Below, piece after piece: positions 36,995 through 48,636 of a DNA stretch of 64,000 bases (position 1 is its first letter; each line of letters opens with the position of its first letter). This DNA is from Rhizodiscina lignyota (lineage: Eukaryota). The DNA lies in assembly GCA_010015805.1 (NCBI GenBank), contig ML978127.1, positions 930,001-994,000 on the forward strand, written 5' to 3'. Made by a program: the position numbers and the translations under genes. The notes below the pieces were generated by a model. That model saw only the letters and a program-made list of their open reading frames with translations, was not told where the DNA came from and did no database searches.

Positions 36995-37914
36995 TTTATT
37001 ATAAGCGGCTGTGATCAAGTTTGTAAGGGCCAGGGTCGCTCCAGAAGGGGGGATCATTGTTTATGTTTCATGTGGCACTACTCTGGGCTCTACTGGGGCC
37101 CGATATTGCAGAATGATGAGCGGCACGCGGAAAATGAACGCTCTTTGTTTGAAGAGCGTTGAATATAGCAAATACAAAGGATTGATAATGAGATCTTAAG
37201 ATGACAAGGAGAACGATTGTGAATGAAGTGGGTTCCCAGACAAAGGACAGCGTGTGCTACCTAATAGCTATGCAAACAGAGTGAACGATTCGAATAGAGG
37301 GGCAAAGCTAATCCTTTGCCCCATTGGACTTGCCGATAGCGGATTATCGAAGCCTTGTAGACAATCGAGCGGCACTGCAAGATAATGGTGGGCGGAGAGC
37401 CAGTATTCAGGTCAGTGACTTCGAGGCTTCTCACATGCCAAACTGCGTTGGAAAAGATGAAGCCCCTCGAATTGGATCCGATTGCAAAGATTCAATATTA
37501 GCATTCAGATGGAGTGCTTGTCTTATTCAATGTGACAATGCTTTACGCGAATACATAAAGGTCTTATGCATCGATCCAAGCACGGCTTACGCGAAGACGA
37601 GCGATACACAAGGCGGCTCTGCAGGAACTCGCACGGCTGAGATCAGATAAAGGACTCCTTAGACGTTGAGAATGCGTATTCATTGTTGGTTGATAAGGCA
37701 TGATCGGCAGAGGGGCATGCACATGCACCAAGGGCACTTGGCACGTTATCCCGATCTAGACTAGTGCAACATCATCGCGTAATCCCTGCTTTTGTTTACA
37801 AAACTGACAACCACAACAACAACAACAACATCGTCCTCTCATCAGGCAGACCTAATACCCTAAACCAATACGCACAATGTAGCTGTCGCCACGCCCCACA
37901 TTCTTTTATATACT

Positions 37915-39765
37915 ATGATATCTCTCGAGTTATTCGGTTTCAGACTATCCTTGGAGACCGCGGCCGAGACGATCGCTTCAACAATGGAGATGCACGCCGA
38001 AAATTCGCTTTTCGCTCGCCTTTTGCAACCGCAAACCGCATTCACTATCGCATGTTTGGGTTTCACTGTTCTTGCTGTATTTTCTGTTTGGCAAAATCGC
38101 GAAGGCCTCGGTCAAGGAAAGAATCAGGAGTTGCCAGCCAAGCTAAGGAAGAAAGACGACCTACAAGTGAGATTCGAGGAGCGGGGAGAGAGGGATGATG
38201 AATTAGAGGTGGAAACTACTGCCGACGATGCACCAGAAGTGGAGTCGCATATATCCATCATATCACGACTAACTTCAGCCTGTGCCGATGTCACGGGGAT
38301 TCTACACCGCGCATCGATTGGAACCGATGCTCTGAGATCGCAGATGCCAATGTTGCTGGATGAATTTTCCGCAATGATCGGGGTTTTGTGCCAAATCCAA
38401 CAACTACTTGCTAAAGATCCGACGTGTTTCTTCTCGAAGACAGGATTGGCAGCTGTATTCGACACGGCTTCAACTGGTATCCTCGCTACCTGTGCATCTA
38501 TCAAGGCGGAATTCCTACAGAGGACCAAGCCAGATGTCGGCCAGCTTCTGTTACAGACTCGAAATTATCGATCGACTCTGGACTTTGTGCGCTCGAATTT
38601 GGAACCGCAGAGCCCCACTGAGAGCACAAGGCCAGTGGTGCGATTCGGACAAACGGACTCATCCTTTGTGCCGGGACATAAACGCTCTCTCACAGTTCCA
38701 GTTCCGCAGCACTCGACCTCCATCGTTAGTCCGGGCGCGGAGGTGAAGAAATGGCTTGAGGAGCCACCGGAATCTGAAGGCTCAACGGAAGGAGAACAAC
38801 TCCCCGAATACACGCCACTCCCTGCACCCGCTCTCATCACGCAGTCAAACATGTCGATCAAGCGCAATGTTGTCTCGATGTCAGACATTCATAGGGCATT
38901 GGCGGAAAATGATGGCAGCGAAGCGTTGCATAAACTTTTGGGCACAGGCATCGATCCGAATGCGTTGTACGGACGACTAAGTCGGACTGCCCTGCACGAA
39001 GCTGCACGTCTCAACAAATCAACGTGCATTGGCCTTCTCATTGGTGCTGGTGCACTGGTTGACTCCGAAGACAGTAAAGGAGATACTGCTCTACACCTGG
39101 CGTCCTGGGAAGGTCACGTAGAGTCTTGTTCCGCTTTAATTAACGCAGGCGCCGACATCGATCGTCTGAGTGGGCGTGACGGCTGCACTCCGCTCTTTTG
39201 TGCCATTGGAGGAAAGCATATCGACCTTGTGCGGCTGTTCTTGAAGCGCGGCGCGCGTGTGGCGATGAAAAGCCCAACGGAGATGTACCCGCTGCATCAA
39301 GCAAGCGTAACGGGTCAGGCTGCTATCTGCGAAGTCTTGCTGGCAGCTGGAGCACAAGTCGATGTCACTGACAAGGAGAAGAACACCCCGCTCCATTATG
39401 CTGCAACGATCGGTAAAGTTGATACGATTAAGCTTCTTCTCGCTCACGGAGCAGACGTAGATGCAAGGCAGGAGACGGGCATGACGCCGCTCCATTGGGC
39501 GTGTCATAAAGGGCATGAGGGAGCTCTGAAAGTACTCCTTGATGCCGGAGCGGAGGAGGACGAACGAGCAGATGGTGATGCGACACCTTTATGCTGCGCG
39601 GCAAGTAGAGGCCATATCTCGTGTGTGAAGATGCTTCTCAAGAAGGGCGCAGATAAAAGGTTAGCATGTCAGGCTTGGGATGGCGGATCTGGCACACCAC
39701 TACAACTGGCGAAGAGAAATGGGCATAAGGACGTGGTGGCGCTCCTACAATCTCATGGGAGATGA
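37915..39765 (+). CDS. Ankyrin-repeat protein with an N-terminal helical (fungal HeLo/SesA-like) region; start uncertain
   Basis: About 8 ankyrin repeats (TALHEAA, GDTALHLAS, CTPLFCA, NTPLHYAA, MTPLHWAC, ATPLCCAA, GTPLQLA); upstream amphipathic helical segment and one hydrophobic stretch. Confidence 0.85.
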   Translation: MISLELFGFRLSLETAAETIASTMEMHAENSLFARLLQPQTAFTIACLGFTVLAVFSVWQNREGLGQGKNQELPAKLRKKDDLQVRFEERGERDDELEVETTADDAPEVESHISIISRLTSACADVTGILHRASIGTDALRSQMPMLLDEFSAMIGVLCQIQQLLAKDPTCFFSKTGLAAVFDTASTGILATCASIKAEFLQRTKPDVGQLLLQTRNYRSTLDFVRSNLEPQSPTESTRPVVRFGQTDSSFVPGHKRSLTVPVPQHSTSIVSPGAEVKKWLEEPPESEGSTEGEQLPEYTPLPAPALITQSNMSIKRNVVSMSDIHRALAENDGSEALHKLLGTGIDPNALYGRLSRTALHEAARLNKSTCIGLLIGAGALVDSEDSKGDTALHLASWEGHVESCSALINAGADIDRLSGRDGCTPLFCAIGGKHIDLVRLFLKRGARVAMKSPTEMYPLHQASVTGQAAICEVLLAAGAQVDVTDKEKNTPLHYAATIGKVDTIKLLLAHGADVDARQETGMTPLHWACHKGHEGALKVLLDAGAEEDERADGDATPLCCAASRGHISCVKMLLKKGADKRLACQAWDGGSGTPLQLAKRNGHKDVVALLQSHGR

Positions 39766-39986
39766 TGGGTGGGACGATTGAATGTAGCTTGATATGATTG
39801 AGGAGGTGATGATGTGATGGGCTCAATCTTCTGTGTTTGGCTGGTATATACCCTCCTGAAGTTTTGACTGTGTTGTGAAATTCAATATTTCTACTGATAA
39901 TTTTTTATATCGACGTTCTGCTTCCTGGCATTACAACTCCCTCTCTCTCTATCTCTCTGTGACAGACCGTAGATAAATTGTACTAT

Positions 39987-40392
39987 AACGTCCAAGTTTG
40001 GGAAAAGCGTTGCTGTCACATTTGGACGTCCAAAGAAGTCTCGAAATTCGCGGGGATTCTCGATACCCAATACGACGCATGTTTACCACCACCATTGGAC
40101 GTCCAAACCCCTAGATTCATTGGCGTATTTGCACGTCCAGACAGGCTCTTTAAAGTTTCCGCCATCCTGCGAATACAATGTTGATCTAGCTGCCACTTTC
40201 AGACATCCAGCAGAGCCTGCTTTTGCCAGCGTCCTTACTAATCCAGGCTTGGGGTTGTACATCCATACTGACGGATATTTGGATGTCCAAAAGTGTCACT
40301 TTCTCCCCAGTCGTCTTTGTATGTTCAACAATGTGCTACGTCATCCGAGTTGACATATTTATCTTAAGGTCCCTTAGCTTTAGATGTCCAAC
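39987..40392. repeat. Cluster of ~9 degenerate copies of the palindrome (T)TTGGACGTCCAA(A)
   Basis: Perfect copies at 40021-40034 and 40095-40106; variants at 39987, 40128, 40198, 40255, 40278, 40316, 40379. Confidence 0.7.
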
Positions 40393-40398
40393 GACTGT

Positions 40399-40778
40399 TC
40401 AGGACCCATTTCGGTCATGATCTTTCTTTGGCTCTTGTTGCGTAGTTTGGCCGGCGGCACCTGATCCAGCAATTGTCTCCTCGCCCAAGACTTTACTTGC
40501 GGCCATGAACCTGACATTGTCAAGCGTCAGTATTTCTCCTTGTTTCCACCTCGAACGCGATGTAATTTCTCCACTCACATTCCGCCCGCGTATCCTCCTA
40601 GTCCTCTCATACTCTCCGCCTGGACTGACGTCATGCGAAGCAGATTCTCGAGGTCCGCAACATTCGCAGTAAGCTGTGCGAGCTGTGATTGAAGGTGCGA
40701 GAGCTGGCGCGGCTTCTGAGACGGGACAGTGCTGAGGCGGGAGCCGGTGGTCGATTGAGGGCGCGGAAGTTGAGACAT
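40399..40778 (-). CDS. hsk3: DASH/Dam1 kinetochore complex subunit Hsk3, 2 exons
   Basis: KPRQLSHLQSQLAQLTANVADLENLLRMTSVQAESMRGLGGYAGGM|FMAASKVLGEE. Confidence 0.82.
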
Positions 40779-41066
40779 TGCTGAAAACAATGGAGCCCAG
40801 TCTGATCAAATGGAGGAGGACGTGATATGTTTGAGTCGTGTGTCTACAGCTACAGCAAGCTCGCAGCAGTGGATCATCTGGGATGTGGAGAAAGCGCGCT
40901 AAAGACACGGTCACGTGCAACCTACGAAGATGGACGGGAGCCGAGGCCGAGACCGGGAATCTCCCAGAGGCTTTCATCTCGTCTTTCTATTCTTCAAGTC
41001 CGAAAATTCTGATAGCTTTTCTCTCAGCCAAAACCTTGCACCACAAAGAGCCTGAGATCGACAGAT

Positions 41067-41438
41067 ATGTCACAGCAGACCACGAAGCGAGTGATTCTGA
41101 CTGGTGCCATTGCTGCAATCACGATCGTTGGCGCATACACTGGCGCGACAATAAAGACAGATAATGAGAAGCAAACTGTAAGCATACGCCTTTATTTCAG
41201 CTTCAGTAATTACCTTCGGCCAATTATGGCACTTCTGAGCCTATGTCCATCTGTCTGGAAGCAATTGACACTTTCGCAGACCCGAAAAAAGTTCGAGGAA
41301 GCTACTCCTGAACAGATGATTGAACAGCTGGAGAGAGCCAAATCACAACTTCTGTACCAGCGTGGCGAGCTTGAGAAGAAAATTCGACAACTTCACGAGC
41401 GACAAAAGGCAAGGAACACCTCTGGATCGGAGAGTTGA
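41067..41438 (+). CDS. Small single-TM plus coiled-coil protein (possibly mitochondrial); intron 41178-41279
   Basis: RVILTGAIAAITIVGAYTGATIK TM; EQMIEQLERAKSQLLYQRGELEKKI coiled coil; GTAAGC..TTGAC..CAG intron. Confidence 0.75.
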   Translation: MSQQTTKRVILTGAIAAITIVGAYTGATIKTDNEKQTVSIRLYFSFSNYLRPIMALLSLCPSVWKQLTLSQTRKKFEEATPEQMIEQLERAKSQLLYQRGELEKKIRQLHERQKARNTSGSES

Positions 41439-41719
41439 TTTCCCTCAACGAAAGTATCAATCTACTGGAATCCGGATGATCGAGACCAGTGTACTGCTGC
41501 ACCACCATCACGGACTTTGAATAGTGGCGCTCAGCCGGGCATCAGTATTTATATATTATGGCATTGATCGATTTAGCCACTCCAAAACCAGGAATTACAG
41601 TGCCAATTGCTCGATCTTCAACATTACGGGCCGATGACTTCGCCCCCGTCTCGCAGCATGAGTACCTCATCGGAAATATAATTAAAGCGGCATTTATATC
41701 CTTACAATTCCTAATGGGA

Positions 41720-43339
41720 TCAGTCGTCGTCATCACCGGTTGCTCCGAACGGGCACGCGAAAGACGGTCCAAAGTGCACACTCCGGCCCTGCGTATCCTC
41801 TCTTCTGAGTCGACTGTCCTGCCTTCTAAGCTCCTCCGACATTGCAACTTTATCTCTCGCCTCTTCTACGTCCTCCTCGGCTTCTTCGACTGCCTCCGCC
41901 TCCTCAAGTGCCTGGGCGTGCTCGACAGAGGCACGTCTATCCCTCCCCTCTTTCCGGTCTTTGTCACGCTTTCGCTCGAACTCCATTGCCGCAGCAAGGC
42001 GCTCCTGAAATTGTGCTTCGGCCTCTTCTTGTCCAACGACTGCATAATGGCATCGGCGATGAACCCCAAATCCGCACAAAATCAGGCCCACAACTTCCCA
42101 GGAGAATAGGATTGGTAATGCGATGTGAAGTTGCGGATTGCATCCCCCGGACCATATGTCCATGAGCGCCAGATACGCCTCATGTGCTGGCATTGCGTAC
42201 GCCCAGTGATAAAAGCCTGGCGAGAGTTCGAAGGGCAGAAGAATGGACGTGACGTTGAACACGATCCATGTGATAAGCGCCATCGGCACAAACTGAACCG
42301 GTAGCCAGACTGTGAAGGCATCTAATGCGAGGAAGTTGAGGTGGGCAAAAAGCCAGAGAACCATCCAAGTCAGAACGAATTGCGCGCCGTTGACGTGCCA
42401 GCCCGCTCGGAATGCCCATATGGCGCCAGTGGTGCACAGACCGCCAATGAAGCAATATGCGCACGATATTCCGATGCGAAAAGTGATAATGCGATGAGGG
42501 TAGAGGCGCTCGTAGATTTTGAAGGCCGTGTACAGGGCGTTCATCGTACCCAGATAGAAGAATTCTTGGATAAGAATGAGAATGAAGACGAGTGTGTTAT
42601 AGATGGCTCGAGAACCTTGTGTCGTTGGTTGGATGTTGATTTGGCTCAGTTGCCAGGGGTTCGTGAATGCTTCCATCGCGGCTTGGTCATTGGTGGGGAT
42701 GGTCTGCAGAGCTGCACTGCCGTTGCGCGTCGAATAGGCGACTCTAGCAGCAGACGCGAGGGCAGTCAGATCCGCCATGACGAATGAATCTGCTGCTGTA
42801 GAATATCGAGCTTCGTCCCAGGCATATGTGAGCACATCAGTTCTGTCGTAGCTTGTTGCAGCGGAGCCACCAGCAATAGCAGCGGCAAGCCTCTCCGAAG
42901 CTCCTGGCGAAGTCCATAATACGGCCCAGAAGTGTGTTTGGCACACCTCTTCGCGTAGGTCACCAGGAATTTGACGTCCATTTGGTGGTTGTTCAATCAG
43001 CGAAGGGAACTCGTTGCTTTTCAGGTTCTGGTACGCAGTTCTGATAGAATCCCCAATGACTCCGCCGTCATAGTCCACGTAAAGGATCTTGATGTTATGG
43101 GCATGAGAATTCTGCTGAAATAGGGAGCCAAAAAGGTATGAAAACAGCCCAAGGAACAGGACCTGCAGAACGATAAAGTTCAGCCACACGGCTTTGAAGA
43201 ACTTATTTCGGATTTTCCGGACCGAAGGATGTCTTATGCCAACGCGGTTTTCGTGGGCTCGGTTGTAAGGGTTGTATTGGTCGGGGACATTAAGAAAGCG
43301 GTTCGGGATCTTGTTGAAAATCGTTTTGCGGTTGCCCAT
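41720..43339 (-). CDS. Sng1-like (nitrosoguanidine resistance, DUF3533) membrane protein
   Basis: N-terminal TM (LFLGLFSYLFGSLF), ILYVDYDGG, large loop, LILIQEFF, several C-terminal TMs, PFELSPGFYHWAYAMP. Confidence 0.8.
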   Translation of the reverse strand: MGNRKTIFNKIPNRFLNVPDQYNPYNRAHENRVGIRHPSVRKIRNKFFKAVWLNFIVLQVLFLGLFSYLFGSLFQQNSHAHNIKILYVDYDGGVIGDSIRTAYQNLKSNEFPSLIEQPPNGRQIPGDLREEVCQTHFWAVLWTSPGASERLAAAIAGGSAATSYDRTDVLTYAWDEARYSTAADSFVMADLTALASAARVAYSTRNGSAALQTIPTNDQAAMEAFTNPWQLSQINIQPTTQGSRAIYNTLVFILILIQEFFYLGTMNALYTAFKIYERLYPHRIITFRIGISCAYCFIGGLCTTGAIWAFRAGWHVNGAQFVLTWMVLWLFAHLNFLALDAFTVWLPVQFVPMALITWIVFNVTSILLPFELSPGFYHWAYAMPAHEAYLALMDIWSGGCNPQLHIALPILFSWEVVGLILCGFGVHRRCHYAVVGQEEAEAQFQERLAAAMEFERKRDKDRKEGRDRRASVEHAQALEEAEAVEEAEEDVEEARDKVAMSEELRRQDSRLRREDTQGRSVHFGPSFACPFGATGDDDD

Positions 43340-44700
43340 GGTGGTGGAGTTCGTAGCTTCGACCTGAAGAGGAATCCTGAAACCTGATTACGAAGAATTG
43401 AATGGTCCACGTTGGAAATCGCTGGTCTGAAGGGGGGTCGCTTTCAATGAGCTGGTCCCGAGAGGCACTTGGTTAGGGACAAAGCCATCATCAACAGGAG
43501 TCTGGCCCAACGATACACGAGTTGAATCTGTCGAGGTGCGAATTAAGCACAATCCTTCTGCTGCAAAAGGGTATCAGCTTCTGTTAATAAAGGACGCGGG
43601 CGTCGATGACCAACCCATGTTCTATGCCACGATATTGCGCATGTCAGCAAGATCGAGGCGCTATGTAAGCTAGACAAAGCCTATTTAGGAATGAGCTAGA
43701 GATTTCGAGGATTAGCGTGCGCTAAGCACGTTGAGATGGCATTTTAAGACGTTGCCCCTTTTCTGTGACACCTCCCTCAATGATCTTCTTGCAGTACTTT
43801 CAAACGACATGACTTAGCCATGCGAACGGAAACGGCATTAAGATGATTTCCTGACATGTGGGATCTTCCATTCTTCGGAAGCAGCTATTCGTCGCCTTGG
43901 GACACCGTAGGCTCGAGAGCTCCGTACGCATTGTGTGATCAAAGCGAACTCAGACCGCGACCTCGATAAGTTGTGTGTCCTGGACTGTGGTATTGCTATG
44001 CACTCGAAAGGAAGCAAGCGACACGCTTTAGAATACTGGGTTGCTGATAGGCCAGTTCGTAGCTCCATCGCACAAACCTGTAGATCGGCACGCGCGGACC
44101 TGTTTGAGAAATGAAGGTCTTGAATGATTCGTATTCTTTCTCCCATTTACGATAAGGCAGAATCAACGAATGACCACACCAACGCATACACTCCTCCTCG
44201 GACTTTTCCGTTCAGACGGCTCCCGATCTGCTTACTGTTATAAATCAGTTTCTCGAGCTCTTGTCAAAATGCATTAATTACATCTCTCAATTCGAAGACG
44301 AACAGACTCATTTATGGTGTCACAGTAAGATGGCTATCCAATAACGTCCGAGACTCGCAGGAGGACCAGCAATCGCACACCTACACTACCTACATGTTTA
44401 AGAACACATATCTGAAGCGAATACGTAGCTCTCATCTACAAGATGCACCAGGATCCACTACACTCACAGCTCGCGTGGACCCTGGGAGAAAAGTTCACGA
44501 GCGTAAATGGACTTGACTCCGTCTGACTGCGTCTAGTGGTTAAAGAAATATATAATTTTACTTGAGTGAGAAGACGGTTTGCACATGAAACGCTGAACAT
44601 ATCTTGCATTTATCTAATTCGAATGGTCCATACACTCGCTTACTGTTACAATCTGATATCAGCAGCGATACATGGCATTGAAGGACAATCCACGTGGCCT

Positions 44701-45384
44701 TTATATCATGTTACCCGAATACCTTCGCGGTTCGGGGAGACCGGAAGGGTGCCGAAGCGCTTCCTCATGCCAGTTACCCGCAAAAGCACGCGGATTCCAC
44801 TGTCCAGCTTGTTGAGGAACTTGTGGTTCTGCATTTGAAGGATCCCGAGGTGCTGCCTTTGGACGAGCTCGTGATGCTGCCTTTGGAGGGGCTTGCGGTG
44901 CTGCCTTTAGAGGATTTTTTGGTTTTACTTTCAGAGGAAGCCGCGGTGGCACTACATTTACATGTATCTGCGAGAACGTTGCGTCAGGTTGTCCTCGGTT
45001 CCGATAGACGCGCTGCGGTTGTTGAACGGGCGGTGCCTTACCTTGTGCTCTATCCCGTGTGTTTAGCATCTCTATGGCCTGGTTGCTGTGTATTGCATTC
45101 GCGAGGCGCTCGTGCGCCTCATGGTGGGACTTCGTCTTCTTCTTACCCTGCCGACCGCCGGCACACCAGCAGAGGCCCATCACTGCCAGGACCACGACAC
45201 AAAATATTGCAGCAGCGATACCGACAAAACCGGCTGCGCTGATAGAGCTGCCACTGCTGGAGTCAGTAGTAGGGGTCCTGCTAGCTGCGTTGGCGTCGAT
45301 AGCAGTGGGTGTGAGAGGGGTTCCAGTGAGAGAGGTTCCAGTGACCTCGTCAACATTCGTGAAATTACTCGTCGGAATAATCAT
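44701..45384 (-). CDS. Single-pass membrane protein (Thr/Ser-rich ectodomain, TM, basic Pro-rich tail); 5' end unresolved
   Basis: SISAAGFVGIAAAIFCVVVLAVMGLCWC followed by GRQGKKKTK; I could not join a clean signal-peptide exon upstream. Confidence 0.55.
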   Translation of the reverse strand: MIIPTSNFTNVDEVTGTSLTGTPLTPTAIDANAASRTPTTDSSSGSSISAAGFVGIAAAIFCVVVLAVMGLCWCAGGRQGKKKTKSHHEAHERLANAIHSNQAIEMLNTRDRAQGKAPPVQQPQRVYRNRGQPDATFSQIHVNVVPPRLPLKVKPKNPLKAAPQAPPKAASRARPKAAPRDPSNAEPQVPQQAGQWNPRAFAGNWHEEALRHPSGLPEPRRYSGNMI

Positions 45385-46828
45385 GGTGTTCTCTTAGGGG
45401 AGCAGTTGTAAGCTTGCGGAGGTCTATTACGAGCCAGTACTTGCCAGGCGATGTCCAAGTCTTTAGGGAATTCGCTGAAGACCAGGAGATCTTTAGGGCG
45501 AGGTTGAACTTTAAGCCATGAGTCGATTATGGCTATAAGAGCCCAGTGGGATCCAATGACTGAGGTGAGTTCACTCTGCGTTCTCATATGTGAAGACTCT
45601 TCGTGATGGCAAACACTGCCATTGTGAGACTCTTCATAGTGATGAACAAAGTCATTGTGAGAGAAGATGAAAGAAATCCTTTGTCTCTACGACAATGTTG
45701 TTCAAAACATGACGGATACTCAGTCAAGGACAAAGAGCACATGTGGACACTCAAGTGCACAGTCCAGAGCACTTTGCGACTGGCGAATTCCGAAATTCAA
45801 TAAACAATATCCATTGATATGAAAAAAAACCATAGCAGGTGTGGCGAGCTTGCTCCGGCTTCATTCATCTTGAACTGTGACACTTAGGTGAATAACCTCA
45901 GAAAATCGAACGACAAGAAGGGATTTGACTCGTGAAAGTTGAGTAGGAGTACTCTGGCAAATATCCTCGAGACTCGAGTATGATGAAAACAGACGGTGAC
46001 AAGAGATCTCCAGTAATGACCCTACCCTGCGTATCTTTGGTCATAGGGGAACTATTAACAGTGGAAACCAATGGGTAAATGGAGAATAGGCAAATAGTCG
46101 TGTCGTCGGTGCGCGGACTTTGAGAGCTCAATCCTCTCCGCGACTGGTCGTGCTCGCAACGAATTCGGGCTGTTTTCGTTCACCTCGGCAAACTTGCCCA
46201 TTTCGTCTCTCTCGCGCTAACCCTACTCTATTTAGTCGCTGCCTTGTTCCAAAATATCAATTCCTTCTTCAGCTTCATGCCTTTAGAAGCATCATCATCT
46301 TCAGAGCCCAGCATACCTCTTACTATTTTGGCACTTGTTGCAGGTAGGATACATAGAGGTTCCCCTCCGGCGTCCATGTCCGATCACAGGTTCGCATTCC
46401 TTCCTCTCTGGGCACCAGCCGTTGGCTTTTGCGCCGCACTATCTCTTGCTTTTGGGAATTTAGGCCATCTACTTCGTACCATGCGAGGGTATTCCTAAGG
46501 CTCACTACCATATTCAAGATATTGCCGATTCCTCGTTACAGACTGTACCTTGTTTTCTATGATGTGGCAGAATGGCCCATCTGACGACAAGCGGACTTTA
46601 CTTGTTACCGCGAAAATGGACCGATCGTCGAAGTAGATATTGCTTGTTTCAGTTTCTCGTATTCAGAAGAACGGGCGATCTACAGTGAATCCTAGGGAAC
46701 AGGATTCTTTATATGAACTCCGTATCTGTTGGCCCGGCGGAAGAGATATATAAGTGCCCAGCCTTCCAAGCTCCGCAACTGCCATCTTGTCCTATCAGGT
46801 TTTTTATTAAGCTTATCATTGAGTCAAA

Positions 46829-48259
46829 ATGCCCTCGTATCTTATCAAGGGAGGGAATGTACTTCAATGGGATGCTAACAAGAATGCCACTTTTCCTCAG
46901 TTGGATGTCCTCGTGGAGGGACAGCGCATTTCCAAAATCGGCCCCAACCTGGAAGGTGAAGGAGCCAATGTCGAGGTGATAGATGCTCTGGACTGCATTG
47001 TGTCTCCTGGACTCATAGATGGCCATCGCCATGTCTTCCAATCTCAGCTCCGCACGACTGTCGCGAACGCCACCTTATTGGAATACTGCTCAGATCTACT
47101 GCAAGGTCGTATGACCTTCTTAGATGCGGACGACATGTATATCTCCCAACTTTCCGGCACTACAGAGGCTTTGTGGTGTGGTGTCACTACTGTCATGGAC
47201 CACTCGCACGTGGTGACATCGCCAGAGCGTGCGGAAAAATGCATCAAGGCCACGATCGAATCAGGAATCCGAAGCATTTACTGCGTTGCTACGTTTGCCC
47301 TTCCATCGTCACTGAACCCAATGGTGTTTCCAGATATGGACGTCCAACATGCCGAACAGATTGCCCTATTCAAGAAACTCTCCGCCGAGAAGCCGCTCGG
47401 CGGGCCCAGCAATGACGGAAGGGTTACCCTCGGTCTAGGGTATGATACGATAAACCATAGGTCAATGGACGAGGCTCGAGGTATCCTACAGTATGCGAAA
47501 GACAACGACATTACTGTTACTTTCCACGACGTCGAGCGATTCAACCTTTCATCCCTGGAGACGCTGAGAACGCACAACCTGCCACTCCCAAAGATCACGC
47601 TTTCCCATACCTGCGACCCGGATGAGACACGCGTGAACTTTGTCAAGGAAAATGGCATAGGTGTTGTTTCGACACCAGAGTCCGAGCTTTCAATGAGCCA
47701 TGGATACCCAGCTGCGTTCCAGCTACAGCGCGCTGGGTGCCGTGTTGGTCTTGGGGTCGACAGTCCGGCTATTTGCAGCGGAGACATATTTTTCGCGATG
47801 CGCTTGGCTTTGCAGAACCAACGTGGCAGGACTAATGCGGAATATCACGCCAGGGGCAAAGTCCCTGACAAGATACGGGAACAGGTGGACGATGTGCTGT
47901 ACATGGGCACACTCGGAGGAGCAGAGGCAGTACATCGGGATGCCGACATTGGCAGTATTGAGCCGGGAAAATTTGCGGATATTATTATTATCCGTACGGA
48001 TTCGCCGTCCATGGTGTCTTCCGTAAACTTGGGAGCGGCTATGGTCACAAATACGCACGCCTCGGACGTCAGCACGGTGATGGTGAATGGAGAGATTGTG
48101 AAAAAGGACGGAAAGATGCTGAGGGTTAATTGGGATGAACTGAAAACGAAACTGCGAGAGAACAGAAAGAAACTGGAACCGCGATGGAAAGATGTTGATT
48201 TCGCCATGAGCAAGCGAGAGTTGAAAGGGTTCTGGTATTTGCAGGATGTCATGGAATAG
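46829..48259 (+). CDS. Metal-dependent amidohydrolase (AtzA/TrzA / MTA-SAH deaminase-like)
   Basis: VSPGLIDGHRH metal motif, GVTTVMDHSH, FHD, LSHT, STPESE, LGVDS, IGSIEPGKFADII, VMVNG; intronless. Confidence 0.9.
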   Translation: MPSYLIKGGNVLQWDANKNATFPQLDVLVEGQRISKIGPNLEGEGANVEVIDALDCIVSPGLIDGHRHVFQSQLRTTVANATLLEYCSDLLQGRMTFLDADDMYISQLSGTTEALWCGVTTVMDHSHVVTSPERAEKCIKATIESGIRSIYCVATFALPSSLNPMVFPDMDVQHAEQIALFKKLSAEKPLGGPSNDGRVTLGLGYDTINHRSMDEARGILQYAKDNDITVTFHDVERFNLSSLETLRTHNLPLPKITLSHTCDPDETRVNFVKENGIGVVSTPESELSMSHGYPAAFQLQRAGCRVGLGVDSPAICSGDIFFAMRLALQNQRGRTNAEYHARGKVPDKIREQVDDVLYMGTLGGAEAVHRDADIGSIEPGKFADIIIIRTDSPSMVSSVNLGAAMVTNTHASDVSTVMVNGEIVKKDGKMLRVNWDELKTKLRENRKKLEPRWKDVDFAMSKRELKGFWYLQDVME

Positions 48260-48636
48260 CTGAGTAGTCTAGCTTGAAACCAACGCAGCATTCTTCCATT
48301 TAGCGCCCATGAAGTTGATCCATCTTTTCTGGATATTAATTATGAACGTCTTTTGGTGTTGCAGAAGTCTGCTGTACATAAGACTTCGGTAGTTGAACAT
48401 CACCCATTGCCGAGTCAAGACGGCAGATCATCCGAATCACTTGATCTCAAAAGTAGATTCGTGGAGAGACCCCGCATAATTGTCTGTACATACCGCCCGA
48501 TCCGATAACTACTCCGGTAAATGCTCGAAAGCTATATTCTGCGCGTGGCATAAAGTAGAGCGGAAGCGCGAGAGTAGGTATCCGACTTTCATCGTTCTAG
48601 CAGTATACGCGTCTGTCTATATCTTTCGAATCCAAT

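Noticed and set aside
39987..40392. CRISPR-like appearance (palindromic repeats with unique spacers)
   Set aside because: Eukaryotic context, repeats only 12-14 bp and degenerate, irregular spacing, no cas genes; kept only as a repeat cluster
46217..46225. CTAACCCTA, resembling a telomerase RNA template
   Set aside because: Isolated 9-mer in a divergent promoter region; no evident pseudoknot, CR4/5 or Sm site before the amidohydrolase ATG; plausible by chance
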